A stretch of DNA of 64,000 nt from Lepidodermella squamata. Lineage: Eukaryota; Animalia; Gastrotricha. The notes beneath the pieces are model-generated. The model did not search any database. It was not told where the DNA came from and saw only the letters and a list, made by a program, of their open reading frames with translations. How positions within the stretch are numbered: the first letter of the stretch is position 1; every line of letters begins with the position of its first letter. Where the stretch lies: the NCBI GenBank assembly GCA_047495785.1, contig JBLDXI010000003.1, positions 2,356,001-2,420,000 of the forward strand, in the 5' to 3' direction. Shown here piece after piece: positions 49,400 to 62,400 of the stretch. Made by a program: the position numbers and the translations under genes.

Positions 49400-52300
49400 T
49401 TACGATGAAACTTGAACAAGTTCAAGGAGAGCACGAGCGTCATTCCAGCGGCGGCAATCGACAGCTATTTGCAATGGCGTTCTCGAACCTTCCTTAGACT
49501 TGTTAACCAAGCCAGGACTCGTCTTACACAGGTACTGAAGCATCGGCGTATTTTCGCCATCGAAATCAAAATAATCAATGAGAAGAGACTGACCGGTTTC
49601 ATCCACCTTAAGCGGGTCAAAATTGTACTTTTCAATAAGCAATTTCATTGATTCGAAGTTGCCGCTCGTAGCCGCTGTTTGTAACGCATTGTTACCAGAA
49701 TCAAGAACGGCATTCACATCACACCCGTTTTCGATAATAAATTCCAGTAGCTCGTGATGTTGGCAATCAATCGCGTAAAGCAGAGGCGTCATTTTACAGT
49801 CAAAAGCATGAGACTCCTTAAAATCGGGTATAAGTTCAAACAATCGAGGCAGTATGTGTTTCATTGCCGACGAGTCATCGCAAGTGAACAGAATGTGGAA
49901 CAACGTTTCTTTGTCCTCATTTACAACTCTTAAATTAGCTCCTTTTTCGATTAAATATTCGAAAATGTCGACCTTCCCATATTGGACAGATCGCATGATC
50001 GGGGTTATTCCACCGCGGCCACTTTCGTTGACATCGAACCGATGCTCCTCAATTAGAAATTTCACAACAGACAAATCGCCATTAGAAGCACTGAGAAGGA
50101 GATTTTGACCGTTCGAATCAGTTGATTTCAACATTTCAGGGAATTTATTCAGGAAATATTTCAAGACATCAAGTCGGCCGTTTCTAGCTGCGAAAAAGGC
50201 TGCGTTATCTTCAGGCGAGGAATAACTGAAAATTCCTGTGCAAAACGGGTCCACTTGAAGATCTTCGACGAGATATCGCACCAATTCAAGGTTTCCAGAC
50301 GCAGCAGCGGATTGAATCGATAATTTACCGTGCTTTTCTCGGTAATTCGCAATATAAATATCGCAACCAGGCGGCAATCTATCGTCTTCGATTATCGCCT
50401 TGACTGTTTGCGAATCGCCATTTTCCAGAGCAGTTTGATATCGCTCGAATTCGTGAATCTTTAAATCAGGCTACAAAATGACAAAATAAAAAGTAATTGA
50501 CCACGCTACATTAAACCATATTTTTGCATATTTCTTGATTCTTCAATTCATAACACTATTTTCTAAAAGATTCCATTTCAATATAAAACGGCTTCCACGC
50601 AATTAAAATTCGCTCAAATTTTGGCTTCAGTTCTCTCTATTCAAGATTTTGCGCGAAATTTCAATGATACTTGGTTATTTTACTCTCTTTATCTTTATCT
50701 TTACTCGGCTCGCCCTTTTTCCACGCCGCTAATTCGTAACTTAATTGTATATTTCTCAGATTATTTTTTTCCATATTTTCTTTGTTGTTGCGCATTTCAG
50801 ATTCAACGTTAGCCCCAGGGCTTGCTGGCGTCACATGGACTGGTTCAGTCCGGCTTAGACCTGAGGGTCAAACGTTGGAACCCTTTGCTTCAGTCTGCTG
50901 TTGAAATGCTATGCTGAGATCGAACGCCTAAAAAGAACTGACACAGAATCGGTAATGCCTATAAATAGTTTGAATGTATTATTTTTAATATTGGTTCTGT
51001 CAAGTGACACATTGAACTAACAGCCAGACACTTGCTTCCATATTATTTGTCAATAGAACAACGAATCGTAACAGCTCACGCTTCTTCATTTCTTGTTCAT
51101 TTCGAAAAAGCCAAGGTATGGCTAACATACTGTTTTTCCAATCTAACCTAACGCGGCTGAACCACCTGTTTGGTCACTGTTACAACTACGACTTCTCGGC
51201 TTGGCACTTTGTGCTAATCGACTGCCAGCATCGATGTCTCTACCTTCTAGGTCACTAAGCTTCGATCATCCAGATTTCTCAGCGTGTTTCAAATGCGACC
51301 TATAGGTTTCTAAAAGATTTTTGAACGATTAAGGTTCTGCTTAAGGTTCTGCGGAACCTTAATCGATGCTTAGCTTGATCTACCCAATCCTCCCCAATTA
51401 CGATGTGGTAGCCCTTTCGAGCAACTAATGAAGCTAACCGTACACTGGCGCCTGGGCGTATTGAAAATACACCATTTTCGCACGACACCTGCGACGTATA
51501 TATTATTCATTCCCATGATCTTATATAAATTCCTCGTTACCCTGGCTGTGCAGAGAATCTCTTTGAAGAATTGAAGCCTGGTTTTAGAGAGCTTCATCAT
51601 TTCATCATTTCATTATTTCATCAGTTGCTTGAGGCTAATCTGATGGAATATATGAAACCTCTTCTCTCGGTGTAAAGAATTTGTGAGCTGAAAATTCAGC
51701 TTTGCATTTTATTGTCTAGAAATCATCGTGAGGGGCCTGAGACCTAGTCAAAGCTCGGCCTCACCATAACATTGCGGTAATTGACCTCTGATAAACTTTC
51801 CTTTCATTCTGCCATCGAACAATAATTTGCTCTTTGAGGCTTCGCAGCCGGGCTTCAAATTTTAATTGAACCGAGAATCTCCTCACAGCCTCATGGTTGG
51901 CGATATGATAGAGAGCAGCACAAGTTTGAGTCGCCAAGTCGCCAAGTTTGAGAAGCTCTCACCTGTTGGAAGTTGGAACTCCTCCGGGTGATGAGCCATC
52001 ATCGTCCGTACAAAATTCTCTCAGGTTAAAGTACAGTTTTTACATTTGGTTTTTTTTCAGGCAACGCTGCGTCAGAACCTAGCGGCTTACAGCCCCGCGA
52101 GAGAGGTCGATTCGCTAGCATAGGGAAAGGTCAGAAATCAAAAAAGCAGCGGCCATTAATTTGCCCATACTGCAATCAAACGAAGTCCTCCCCGAAGTCA
52201 ATAGTCTATCATTGGCTAGCGCCATCGCTACCGTGCCACACAAAAAATCTACGTGCTCTCACCTTTCAAGAAAGGCGCAAAAACGTTTCTCTCGAGACGA

Positions 52301-55029
52301 AGGATGCCTCTCTCCAACAACCTCTCCCACATCCCACACCATCAATTGTTGCCGTCTCAGGAGCCAATGCCTCCGCTAGCGTTGCAAACGCCAACTGTCA
52401 GAGTTAGTTTGGAGTCATCGCCCCTGTCATCGATCCCGAAGACCCCACCATCGGCAAGCTTTTCGGACAAACGCTCCCTGAAACAATTGATATCCGAGTT
52501 TGATAAGGATTATTTGAGGAAGTTGGGCGCGTCGGTGAATCCTTGAAGATTCGCGATGAATCATTGGTTGATGTTTTGCCGCAGCCTCACGAAACCTACG
52601 AATATCTAATTCTGAACAATGTCAAGTGAGCATTTCAACGACTCGACTCGACTGCGAGGCCTTCGTGCTGATTATATTGAACATGGCTGAATCAGAATGT
52701 CATTCAACGAACACTGACTTTCTTACTCTTTTTCACTTCTTCATAATACATTAGATGTGATCAGTACCTGAAGCATTGATTTATCCGGTTAGTCCGGCGA
52801 CGAACCAAATCCCGTTTTAATGAAGCATATGAGCCTGAGAATCTTTTCAACTGGCTTCTTCGTAAAATGATAGCGTAGAAAAACTTATTGTGGCGGTGAC
52901 AGGTTGTAGTCCCGCCACGCTTCATTGAACACGCGATTCGCGGTCGCGTGCGCTGCCCCTCTCTTATCATTTTGTTTCAACTTCTCTCATTTTTTATAAT
53001 AATTCCACGAATCTCTACTTACCTACGTTGCCGGCAGATCGCCGTTAAAACACCTTATTTGAATCCTACCTTTCGTTATTAGAACATTTATATATAATAC
53101 TTGTCGGTTATTCCTCGCGTCGGTCCGCGCCCTCACACAAGCCTCCTTCTCGGGCATACAATATGTTTTATTATTAGGACGCGCTTATATTTCGCTAACC
53201 GCCTGTCTTGCCTCTGCCCATTTTACTGCCCTGTCCTTGTTTGAACCCGGTATGCCGATCCTCTTGCTTCTTTCGACTGTCATTTGAACCTTTAAATTGT
53301 ACAGGGCCTTACCTTTGAGAATAAAAGGACGTAACGCGACTCGAGCTTCTTCGGTGTCTATAAAAGTCGTCCCCGTTACACTTATTTTCGCCGAAAGCCG
53401 TGAAAAGATTGGAACGGTCACTGATGACACGTTACTGATTGAAAAAAGGCATTTCTACAAGTCGAATACTTGATAATGAAAAAAATCAGCAATTTCGAAT
53501 TTGAAAAATTGGAACAATGACGCCCCAGCTTGTGATTTTAATGTACATAGCAATTTTCGCATATGCCAACTGATAAATTGCAGACACCGAAAAATTAAAA
53601 TTAAAACAGGCCCTTTCTTCATAATCATCTGAAAATTAGCTCAACGTAATAAAAGTCTCCACTACCTTAGTCCTTAGTTAACATTATAGTAAATAAATTA
53701 TGATTAGGACAACATGCGTTATAGTAATGAACGTACGATCAATTGCCCCAATATAAAAAATATCATCAAACTATAAAAAAATGTTGCTAGATTGAATTTT
53801 TGAATTTTGAGATCATTTAAAACCGAAAACTCACTGGTTGATATGACGAGGAGGCTAGCTCAGACGGCAAACCAACGAACAGAACTTTGTCAATCAACTT
53901 AGAAATGTGATTGACCAGCGAATCATCCAGGTTAACAACGATTTCCTGAAAGCCGATTTCGGGATTTTCCATCATCCTCAACTTCGATGAGATATTGAAA
54001 TTAAAATAATGGCAGTTCTCAACGGGTACACTCTTACCCTTTTGTCGAATTTTCGGACCAATTCATTGAAATTTCCGGCCTTGACAAAGGATGAGCAGTA
54101 CGTTGGAGATTGATCGTAATACTCATTTTGAAGAGCAACTTTTTCACAGACTTTCTGACAGTTGAAATCAACATTGAGTCTGTTAGTCACCATTTTCTTC
54201 CTTTCATTAAATCTACGGTCTAGCTTCTTGCTCAGTTTTTGGCGATTCTTCTCCACGGCCAGTCGAAAATTTTTAATTAGACCATCGCACTGAGCATTTA
54301 TTTCATTCGTTAATTCCCTTCTCAATTCTTCAGCCTTCTCGTCGTAATCTGAGATTTTCTTATCGCGGCTAGAAACAGCGGCCGAATATCTGTCATAAAA
54401 CTAAAAAAATTGCTCTAATTTTTGTGGAATTTCAAAATTCAGAAACTTACATTTACAGATATCCAATTCGTTTCGAGTCGCAAACTTTCGCGATGAGCTA
54501 GGGAACACGGCTCGCAGAATAACTGATCACAGTGGGGACATTTCGCAGTTTTATCCATGAATAGCTCGCCATGTGGGCAGCTTTCACCGACAACGAAGCT
54601 CTGTTTCGAAGGTTTCGATCGGTCTTCAATTCCCTTCAAAATTTTAACCAGCGTGTAATTTTTATTGAATCCTATTATTTAAATCGAGGATTTGAAAAAT
54701 ATCGGTTTTTTAGCAAAGAACATACCATTTTCATCGGTGGACTCTAGCTCAGATTCGCGATTTGTCTTGTGGCAAATTGGACATTTCACTTCTCCATACA
54801 AAAGCCGAGATTGAAAGCAATCCGAACAAATCGTGTGGCCGCAGTCGTGCAACAAAATTGGTCGGTACATAATATTGCGACATGCATCACATTTCGAAAT
54901 CTGGAGTAAATTAATGAATTAGATTTTTAAACCAATGATAGCAAAGACAAATCATACCTTCTTCAAAGATTCATCCATAGGTTGAATGGTTTCGATTCTT
55001 GGTCGCTTTAATCGTGTTTCTGAGGCCAT
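49400..55029 (-). CDS. RBCC-ANK gene T4 (closest to T1)
   Basis: MASETRLKRPRIE, RING CDAC..CGHTICSDC..CPIC, B-box-like CPH..CPHCDQLFCEPCSLAH and a coiled coil. The linker exon ends at 53835 and the ankyrin exon 50470-49400 is in phase 0. Confidence 0.85.
52860..53400 (+). mobile_element. LTR-like remnant in T4 intron, related to 37640-38190
   Basis: Shared motifs gaacccggtatgc and tacagggcctt followed by aataaaa. Confidence 0.4.
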
Positions 55030-55258
55030 TTTAAGACAAATACTTTCTTTTATTGACTGATAAATAAATCCAGGAAAATTAATTCTAGTAAATTCTAGAC
55101 AAAATAAAAATTAAATTTCTTTGAAAATTGTATTCGATTAATCATGGGAATTATGGATCTTTTCCATTCTAGAAAATTCAACCATGAATATTTCAAAATT
55201 GTGATAAAATCAAGAATCAAAACAAGGGAAGTTTCGGTATGAGTAAAAAATGTAAGAA

Positions 55259-58200
55259 TCACTGCATGAAATCATTGGGCCTCAGAGATTGATGAGCCTC
55301 CACAAGAATGCGAGCCATGTTCCAGCTACATTTCATAACAGCATCCTCCAAAACAGTTCGGCCGTTTACTTCACGTTCTTTGATGATATTCGGAAATTTT
55401 TCGCACAAATACTCCATGAGTTTAGAATTTCGACTTTCAACAGCTCGGTGTAAAATTGTGTTTCCGGACTCGTCGAAAAGCCCTGGATCCAAGTTGTGAT
55501 TTTCGATCAAATTTCGCACAGCTTCAAGCGACTGAGGAACATTGCGGGATTTCGGGTAACTTGCAGCTAAATGCAAAGCACTCTGGTCATGATAACAATC
55601 AATAGCCTTTGGATCACATCCGTTTTCGATGAAAAAATCAATCAGATCGAATTGCCGCGACTCAACAGATTGAAGTAAGGGAGTAAATGGGCAGCGATCG
55701 CCGGATTTTTCCTTCAAATCTGGGATCAAATGGAACAAGCGCTTCAGAATTGCCTTCGAAATTTCAACGCTACCCTTGAAATCAGACGCGAAATGTAGTA
55801 GTGTTTTGCCATCATCACTCATCACACGCAAATCGGCTCCTTTTTCGATTAAAAATTCGAAAATTTCAATTTTTCCAGATTTCACAGCAAAAACAATAGG
55901 AGTCTCTCCGTCGCGATTTTTTCGATTGATATCCACTTGAAAATTTTCGATCAGGTACTTGACCACCTCCAAATTTCCGCAACACGCATGACTGAGTAAA
56001 CAGCGATCTTTGCGACAGGTCGCGGTTAGAGAGTCCGGAAATTTTGCCAGCAAATAAGCAACAACTTCGAGATGGCCAAGTTTGGCCGCGATTAAAGCGG
56101 CGTGTTTAATTTTACGCATGCAAAAACTCGTTAATCTTCCGTTGTTTGAAGGGTCAACGCCGCATTTTTCGACGAGGTAACGAATCAGCTGGACATTGCC
56201 AGATTTGGCAGCGTAGCAAATCTGAGGAAATTGCATATCGTAGTCTTTGAAGTTGGCGATGTAGATGCTACCACCGAGCGGTAGCCTGCCATCGGATAAA
56301 ATATGCTGCACCAAGTCGATATCACCTTTGATCAGGGCAGTCTCCAATCGCTCCTTCTCATAGTTCGGTATTTTAAGCTAGAGGAACAACAAATGATAAG
56401 GAGTAATGCATCCTTTCGAGACACAAAAATGCGGTGCTCTATCTCATAGCCAGAAAAAATTGTAAACCCAAGAAAAAGAAATTAAATGTGAAAATGATTG
56501 CAAAATACCAGGTAAAATGGATGATATTACCGATTTTTCCAAGGTAAAATTCCAAAAATTACCAAAAGGTACTTCCGCGATTTCCTCAATAAATTTCGAA
56601 ATTTTTCGAGAAACTAGAAAATTAACCCTCCAGCGCCCACGACGTGTATACACGCGTTTTTCACTTTTAATACCCGACAAATTCAGATTTTCCTTTTCTT
56701 TTCACCTGATAATTTATTTCACTACGATTGCGATAAAAATATCAACCTCGAACATTTTTTTCTGAAACACCTGTGCCCTCTGTCGCAGTGTAGGAAGTTG
56801 GCATAGTTGGCAAGTGCCTAAACGCTTGTTTACACGCTTGTGGTGCGCTCATGCGTGGCGTCGATATGGCCGATCGCCTTCGTACGACATACAGCATCTG
56901 TACGACATACAGTGTTTTACTGGGGACTCGAAATTGCTCTGAACAACGCCTTCATTGTAAGGCGGCAGGTGAGCGAGGACGCTGACTCCACGGCACTCGA
57001 TTTTCGGCGCGAACTCGCTGAGCTGCTTGCTGCCGCGCAATTGGCGCAGCCAACGGCTCCAAACACGGCCAAAGGGAAACGCCGCAAGTGCGATGTCAAT
57101 GTCGCGTTGACGCCTACGGCGGCTTGGCGAGCTGGTGGCCACTACCTGGAACACAACGGCTACCTGCCCGGAAGCACGACCTCGGTAATGCGCCGTTGCC
57201 GACTCTGCCACGCCCAAGGCAATCGCAAGGAAACGTTTATTCACTGTGCAAAGTGCCCTTTGCGTTGTACCTTGCTTCGGGCAGTATGGACCTCACCGTG
57301 GCCAAGCTTGAAATCGAAATAAGAACTTCCAATGATTTTTTCCATGATCTTTATCCATATTTTCTGACATTTTCTACTAATAAATTGATGAATAAAACTC
57401 TACAATTAGCATATGCGCGTGTTTAGACGCCTCATTATCGTGTCGAGACGTCTTAGTATTTTTTCGCAACTTGCGGGCATAGACGTCGAGTTTCTGGAAA
57501 AGCGGGTTTTCGCGTAAACCCGCCAAATCACCGAAAAACGCCTTTGCGTGTTTACGCGCACATCGACACGCGCACATCGACACGCGCATCCGTGGGCGAT
57601 GGAGGGTTAATGAGAGATATTCGATGTTTCCGGTAAGTAAATTTGAATAAGTTGAAGTTATTGCTAAAAGATAGTAATTTCTGGATTTATATGATTGATT
57701 TTTGGATTTGGAAAATTCGATAATGGCTGGAGACACTATGAAGTTTCCCCGAATTTTTAAGATTAAATAAAAATATCATTTTTACCTCATAGTCTCTGCC
57801 TTCCTCAAACCACTTAACAGAGGCTGTTTTCCCCAACAGCTTGACAATATGGTCTTCGAGTGACCCGTCGCGCTTAAAAACGATATCACGCAGGTAACTG
57901 CTAGGCTCTTCCATACAGCGTAGCTATCAAAGAAAATTATGAGAATTTGATAATTTATCGACATCGGTTCAGAAAAACCTTGTTATCGATTTCCACAGCA
58001 CGTTTAAAATCATCCAAAGTCAAGTCACCAAAATTCGGCTGAGCGGCGATCAATGCCTTGATTTCATCAGATCGTTGCTTTGATAAACGTTCATGAACCA
58101 ATTTTCTGTGTTCCTCAGCTCGAATTTCTAGATCATTCAGCAGTTTTTCGCGATTTTTCTCAACAGCAACGCGGAGATTTTCGATCAATAAATCGCAACT

Positions 58201-58958
58201 TTGGTTTATTTCACTCATTATTTCACACTTTTCCGCATTGATTTCGCCTTCAGCAGCAACCAGAAGATCTTCCCGATTAGAGACGGCCGATTTGAAACGA
58301 TCAGTAAACTAAAAGAATATTCGATCAAGTGTTGAATTTCCAATTATTATTGAAGAATACGAACATTGAGGGAGATCCAAGCAGTTTCGAGCTTAACGCA
58401 TTCAACGTGGGCTTTGAAGCAAACTTCGCAGAAATAATGCGTACAGTGAGAACACTGCGAGCGCGAGGGCTGCGAATCAGCAGTATGAGGGCATCTCTCG
58501 CCAACAACAAAATTCTGATTGAACGATTCCAGGGCACGTGAATAAAGAATAAACTCGGTTGATTTTGCTCAGCGAATGATCATGAATATAAACTAGAAAA
58601 TTGAGAAAAATTTACACTAAATTGCTTAAATTTTAAAATTATCCACCATCAACTGACCTTTTCCTGAAGAACCACGGTCGACACCCGGATTTACGGCATT
58701 ACAAACCGGGCACCGCCTCGAATAAAATTGATCAATCGGGTGAGCTGAGAAGCAATCTTTGCAGATGGAATGACCGCAAGCATCCATTAATATCACATCT
58801 TTGGTCACCTTGTGGCAAACGGGGCAGCCCAATGCCTGAAATGGTAATTGAAAATGAAATAAAAGTCTTTAAAATGGCGTAACTTGCATCGACGAGAGAG
58901 GTATCGCCAGCGATTCGATCCTTTGCCGCTTTATATTGATTTGACTCGAATGGTCCAT
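55259..58958 (-). CDS. RBCC-ANK gene T5 (closest to T2)
   Basis: MDHSSQINIKRQRIE, RING CPVC..CGHSICKDC..CPVC, a B-box-like exon and a coiled-coil exon. The linker exon ends at 57786 and the ankyrin exon is 56377-55259. The exon-1 donor choice is uncertain because of a 7-nt deletion relative to T2. Confidence 0.82.
56626..57606 (+). mobile_element. piggyBac deletion derivative retaining the transposase C-terminus
   Basis: TTAA TSD (56622-56625, 57607-57610) and 16-bp TIRs CCCTCCA(G/T)CGCCCACG. The internal ORF has VFYWGLEIALNNAFIV...LDFRRELAE and the cysteine-rich RRCRLC..RKET..HCAKC. Confidence 0.93.
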
Positions 58959-59190
58959 TGAGGACGCTGGGATTCGATTTCGATGAAAAGCTTCGAACTC
59001 GCTTCTCAAAGGCTCACTCCACGATTAAACTTCGCGGTTTCTACTGAAAATTGGAAATATAAAATATGAACCAATTTTTAAGTCTATGACGCGGAGCCAC
59101 GATAAATCCTCAAAACTGATCACCTTTCGTATAAAAATTATCGAATCTAATTTGGGTGGTTTCACAGGCATAGCATAAATCCAAAATAAA

Positions 59191-59286
59191 CTGTTTTGCC
59201 GCAGAAGCTCATCACTCGCAAATCGGCTCCTGCTTCGATTAAATCGATTTTCGATTGATATCCACTTGGAAAATTTCTATCAAGTA
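59191..59286 (-). repeat. Short internally deleted copy of T5-like ankyrin exon sequence
   Basis: Matches about 55801-55860 joined to about 55915-55958, and is flanked by repeated ACAGGCATAGCAT and ATCCAAAATAAA. Confidence 0.65.
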
Positions 59287-59414
59287 TTAACAGGCATAGC
59301 ATTCGATAACATTTTCAAATATCCAAAATAAAACGAAACTAATAATTGAAGAGAAACATTTTAAGTTTGCAAATAATATGATGGAAAGCTCAACAACTGA
59401 AAAAATCGAAAAAG

Positions 59415-62400
59415 TCATTCGTGTAAGAATTGAGAGGATTTCAAGTAGCTTTTCCAGGTGTGATGAAACAAAATTGGAACATCGCAATAATGATGATAAC
59501 GTAACGCCCGCATTAACGGAGTATCGCCATTCACATCATCCGCCTGATCGAGCGATTCTGGGTACTTCACGCAAAAATAGTTGGTCATTTCCAAATTTTT
59601 TTCAGCAAATGATAAAGCCGAATGAAGCTCGTCATTCAAATCAAGCCCAGAGAAGCCGCATTCTTTTATTAGAAATTTGACCGTGTCGAAATTTCCTGAT
59701 TCCGCCGCGTAATGCAGAGCGTTCGAACCTCGAGCATCTTTGGCAACCATGTCACAATTTTCGCGGATAAATTTCTCTGCAAGATTTCTCCGTCCTTTTT
59801 TACAGGCAGTTAAATATGGAGTTTCGCCCGATTTATCGATTTTTTCATCAATAATGTGATGAACTTTTGTCTTCAAAATATCAAGGATTTCAAAGGCTCT
59901 GTCATTTTCACATTCTGATAGCAGATGAAACAGGTTGTAGCCGTATTGGGTCTTTACTTCACAATTCGCTCCATTTTCGATGAGATAATTGACAAAATCA
60001 GGTTTCCCGAGCCGAACGGCCGTCATGATAGCGGTTTCTTTCTGGTTGTCCAATGTATTCACGTCGATTTTCGAATTCTCAACCAAAAACTTGACGAGTT
60101 CCAGTTTCCCTTTGCAAGCCAAATGCAGCAGATTTTTCTCGATTTCGAAAGTTTCACCAACAATTCCAGGGAATTTTTGCAACAAATAATGAAAAATTTC
60201 CGAATTTCCGAACCTGAGCGCATTCAGCAACGGGTTGTCATTAATATTACCGAGTAAATAGACGCGACGTTTGAAACATGGGCCATACACTCCAATTTCT
60301 TCAATCAAAAATTTCAAGATTCCCAACTGATTGCATCGAGCAGCTACTGAAAGGGCGGTTTCGATTTTTTTGGATAAAAAATTGTTGGCGATGAAAAATC
60401 CGCATCCTTGAGGCAATCTTTCGTCGTAAATAATCGCCCTTAATTTTTCGACATCGCCTTCTTCTATGGCTGTTTGAAATCGAGAGAGTTCATGTGGCCA
60501 AATGGGATTATCCGTTGGAAAATAACGACTTAGAGCCTGAATATGAAAAATCGATACGGCGTTTCTAATTTCGACGCTATCAACTCACAAGATCTGTGCC
60601 GATAACACGACGCTGGGTCCCATCTTCTTCACGATCGCGTTCACGAGAGTAGACCGTTGCAGTTCGTTCTACGTCGTGTAATAAGAATTCGAAGGTATAC
60701 GGATCCACCTTAAGCTCGATCTTCGGCTCCAAAGCAATTGAATCCAAATTGGCTAGTCTTTCAAGCTAGAAAAGGGTTAATAATGCACAAATTAAACCGA
60801 GTATGAGATTTTCCGAATTTAGTGGGATGGGCTGATTTTGAAAAAGATTTTTTTCAAAACTCAAAATCTCAAAATGTACTGTTACGAGATAGTAGATATC
60901 AGATTTGAAAAGCAGAGCATTGCAAATTTGTACAACTAATCCGAATCTAAGAAAAAATTAAAAAATTTAGCATTGAAAGGCCGCGGGTCATACGAATTTT
61001 TCCCGCCTTCTGACTATGTAACATCACCGGCTCTTGAAGAAGTTTTCTTAAAGATTGATCGTGTTATTATTCGATATTGTTACTTTATATAATTAGAATC
61101 CAACAACTACATTCACGTCTCGAAAACCGAAGTTACCAACAAAATTAACAACCTGACCAAAGCGTATTAACAAGAGTGCGCTCGGCTCTTGGAGACGGAC
61201 GAGCAGGCATCCTCGATCGCTTATTACGACCTTGACGAATTCATGGCGGAAAAATCCGGTTCGAAACCGCTTAGTGATGCAATAGATTCAGGCCAGCAAT
61301 TATCTGTTCATCTCTTGGCTTCTGGGGTCGACAATCACTGGCGCGTCATCGTCGTCAAGGTCGAGCCTTCTGTGCCACACAACGCATAAAGCTCTTGATG
61401 CGTCGAAAACGAACTTCTTTCTGATCTTGCGCATGCAAGACACCGCTCACCACTCTTTAATCAACAATAGCATATATTTCACGCTTCCTACTACTGCTTT
61501 ATCTAAAAGTGTAGGGAAGACAACTAAATCTACGCTGGACACCATATCGACAATATCGATCAGCTCAAACTACAGGTAGGTAGGTAGGAGCCGTAGACAA
61601 ACGCGTGACGAATGTTGAGCAACTTGCAGAAAAACGATGGAAGTATATATATATAAAGATGATGTTAATATATCTCGAACAAAATCGAGAAATTCCTTGA
61701 AACGACATTGAAACCCATCTCGATCAAACATCGGCTAAAATTCAATTCGCCAGAAGTTCAATTAGTCTAATTACCACTGAATCAGTCGCCGCTCACGCCG
61801 GCCCTTTAGCAGCCGCCGCTAGCTCATCGTTTATACGCTCAACTTATTTTATTCGCATATCTTTTAGAGATAGGGGCTCACTTTCAGTTGATAATATACG
61901 CGCATCCATTTGTTGCGCGTAAAATCATCGGTAAAACACGCATATCTTCAGCGTGCGCGATATGCGAATCATGGCAAAGAAGACATGTGCATCTCGAAGA
62001 TGCGCGTAAAATGCGCCTCAGTGATGTAGGAAATTTAATACCCATGCAGTAAATTATTGAAGTAAAACATTCTAGTCTCTAGTTTTTCTTTTTTGTATCT
62101 TTTTTGAGAGCGATTTCTTCGAACGAAAAACGAATTGCAGCGGCTGGAATCGAACCCACGTTTTTCACATGACAGCAGATAATTGATACGAATGCACCAG
62201 TTAGCCAACTCGAAATTTTGATTAAAAACGGACTCGCCAACACAACAATTACAAACCAGGTATACGTTGAAGCCAATAATGTCTGTTACGTTGCCGGATT
62301 CTGCCTATCACGTCTATCAAAGAAGCTCATCTGCAAGCTATGCATTAAATCACCTATCGGCTCGGAACAATGTTTTTTCTGTTCATTACATTGAGAAAAT

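Noticed and set aside
50800-52860. Short ORFs in the T4 intron (52161-52546 and others)
   Set aside because: Fragmentary with no recognisable motif; probably decayed transposon sequence.
35341-60416. Stand-alone single-exon ankyrin genes, or bacterial (endosymbiont-type) horizontally acquired ankyrin ORFs
   Set aside because: The listed starts are GTG/TTG codons downstream of in-frame splice acceptors; these are terminal exons of the RBCC genes.
62136-62212. Functional tRNA-Asp gene
   Set aside because: A and B boxes are present but the acceptor and D stems do not pair and the spacing is abnormal; kept only as a tRNA-derived relic.
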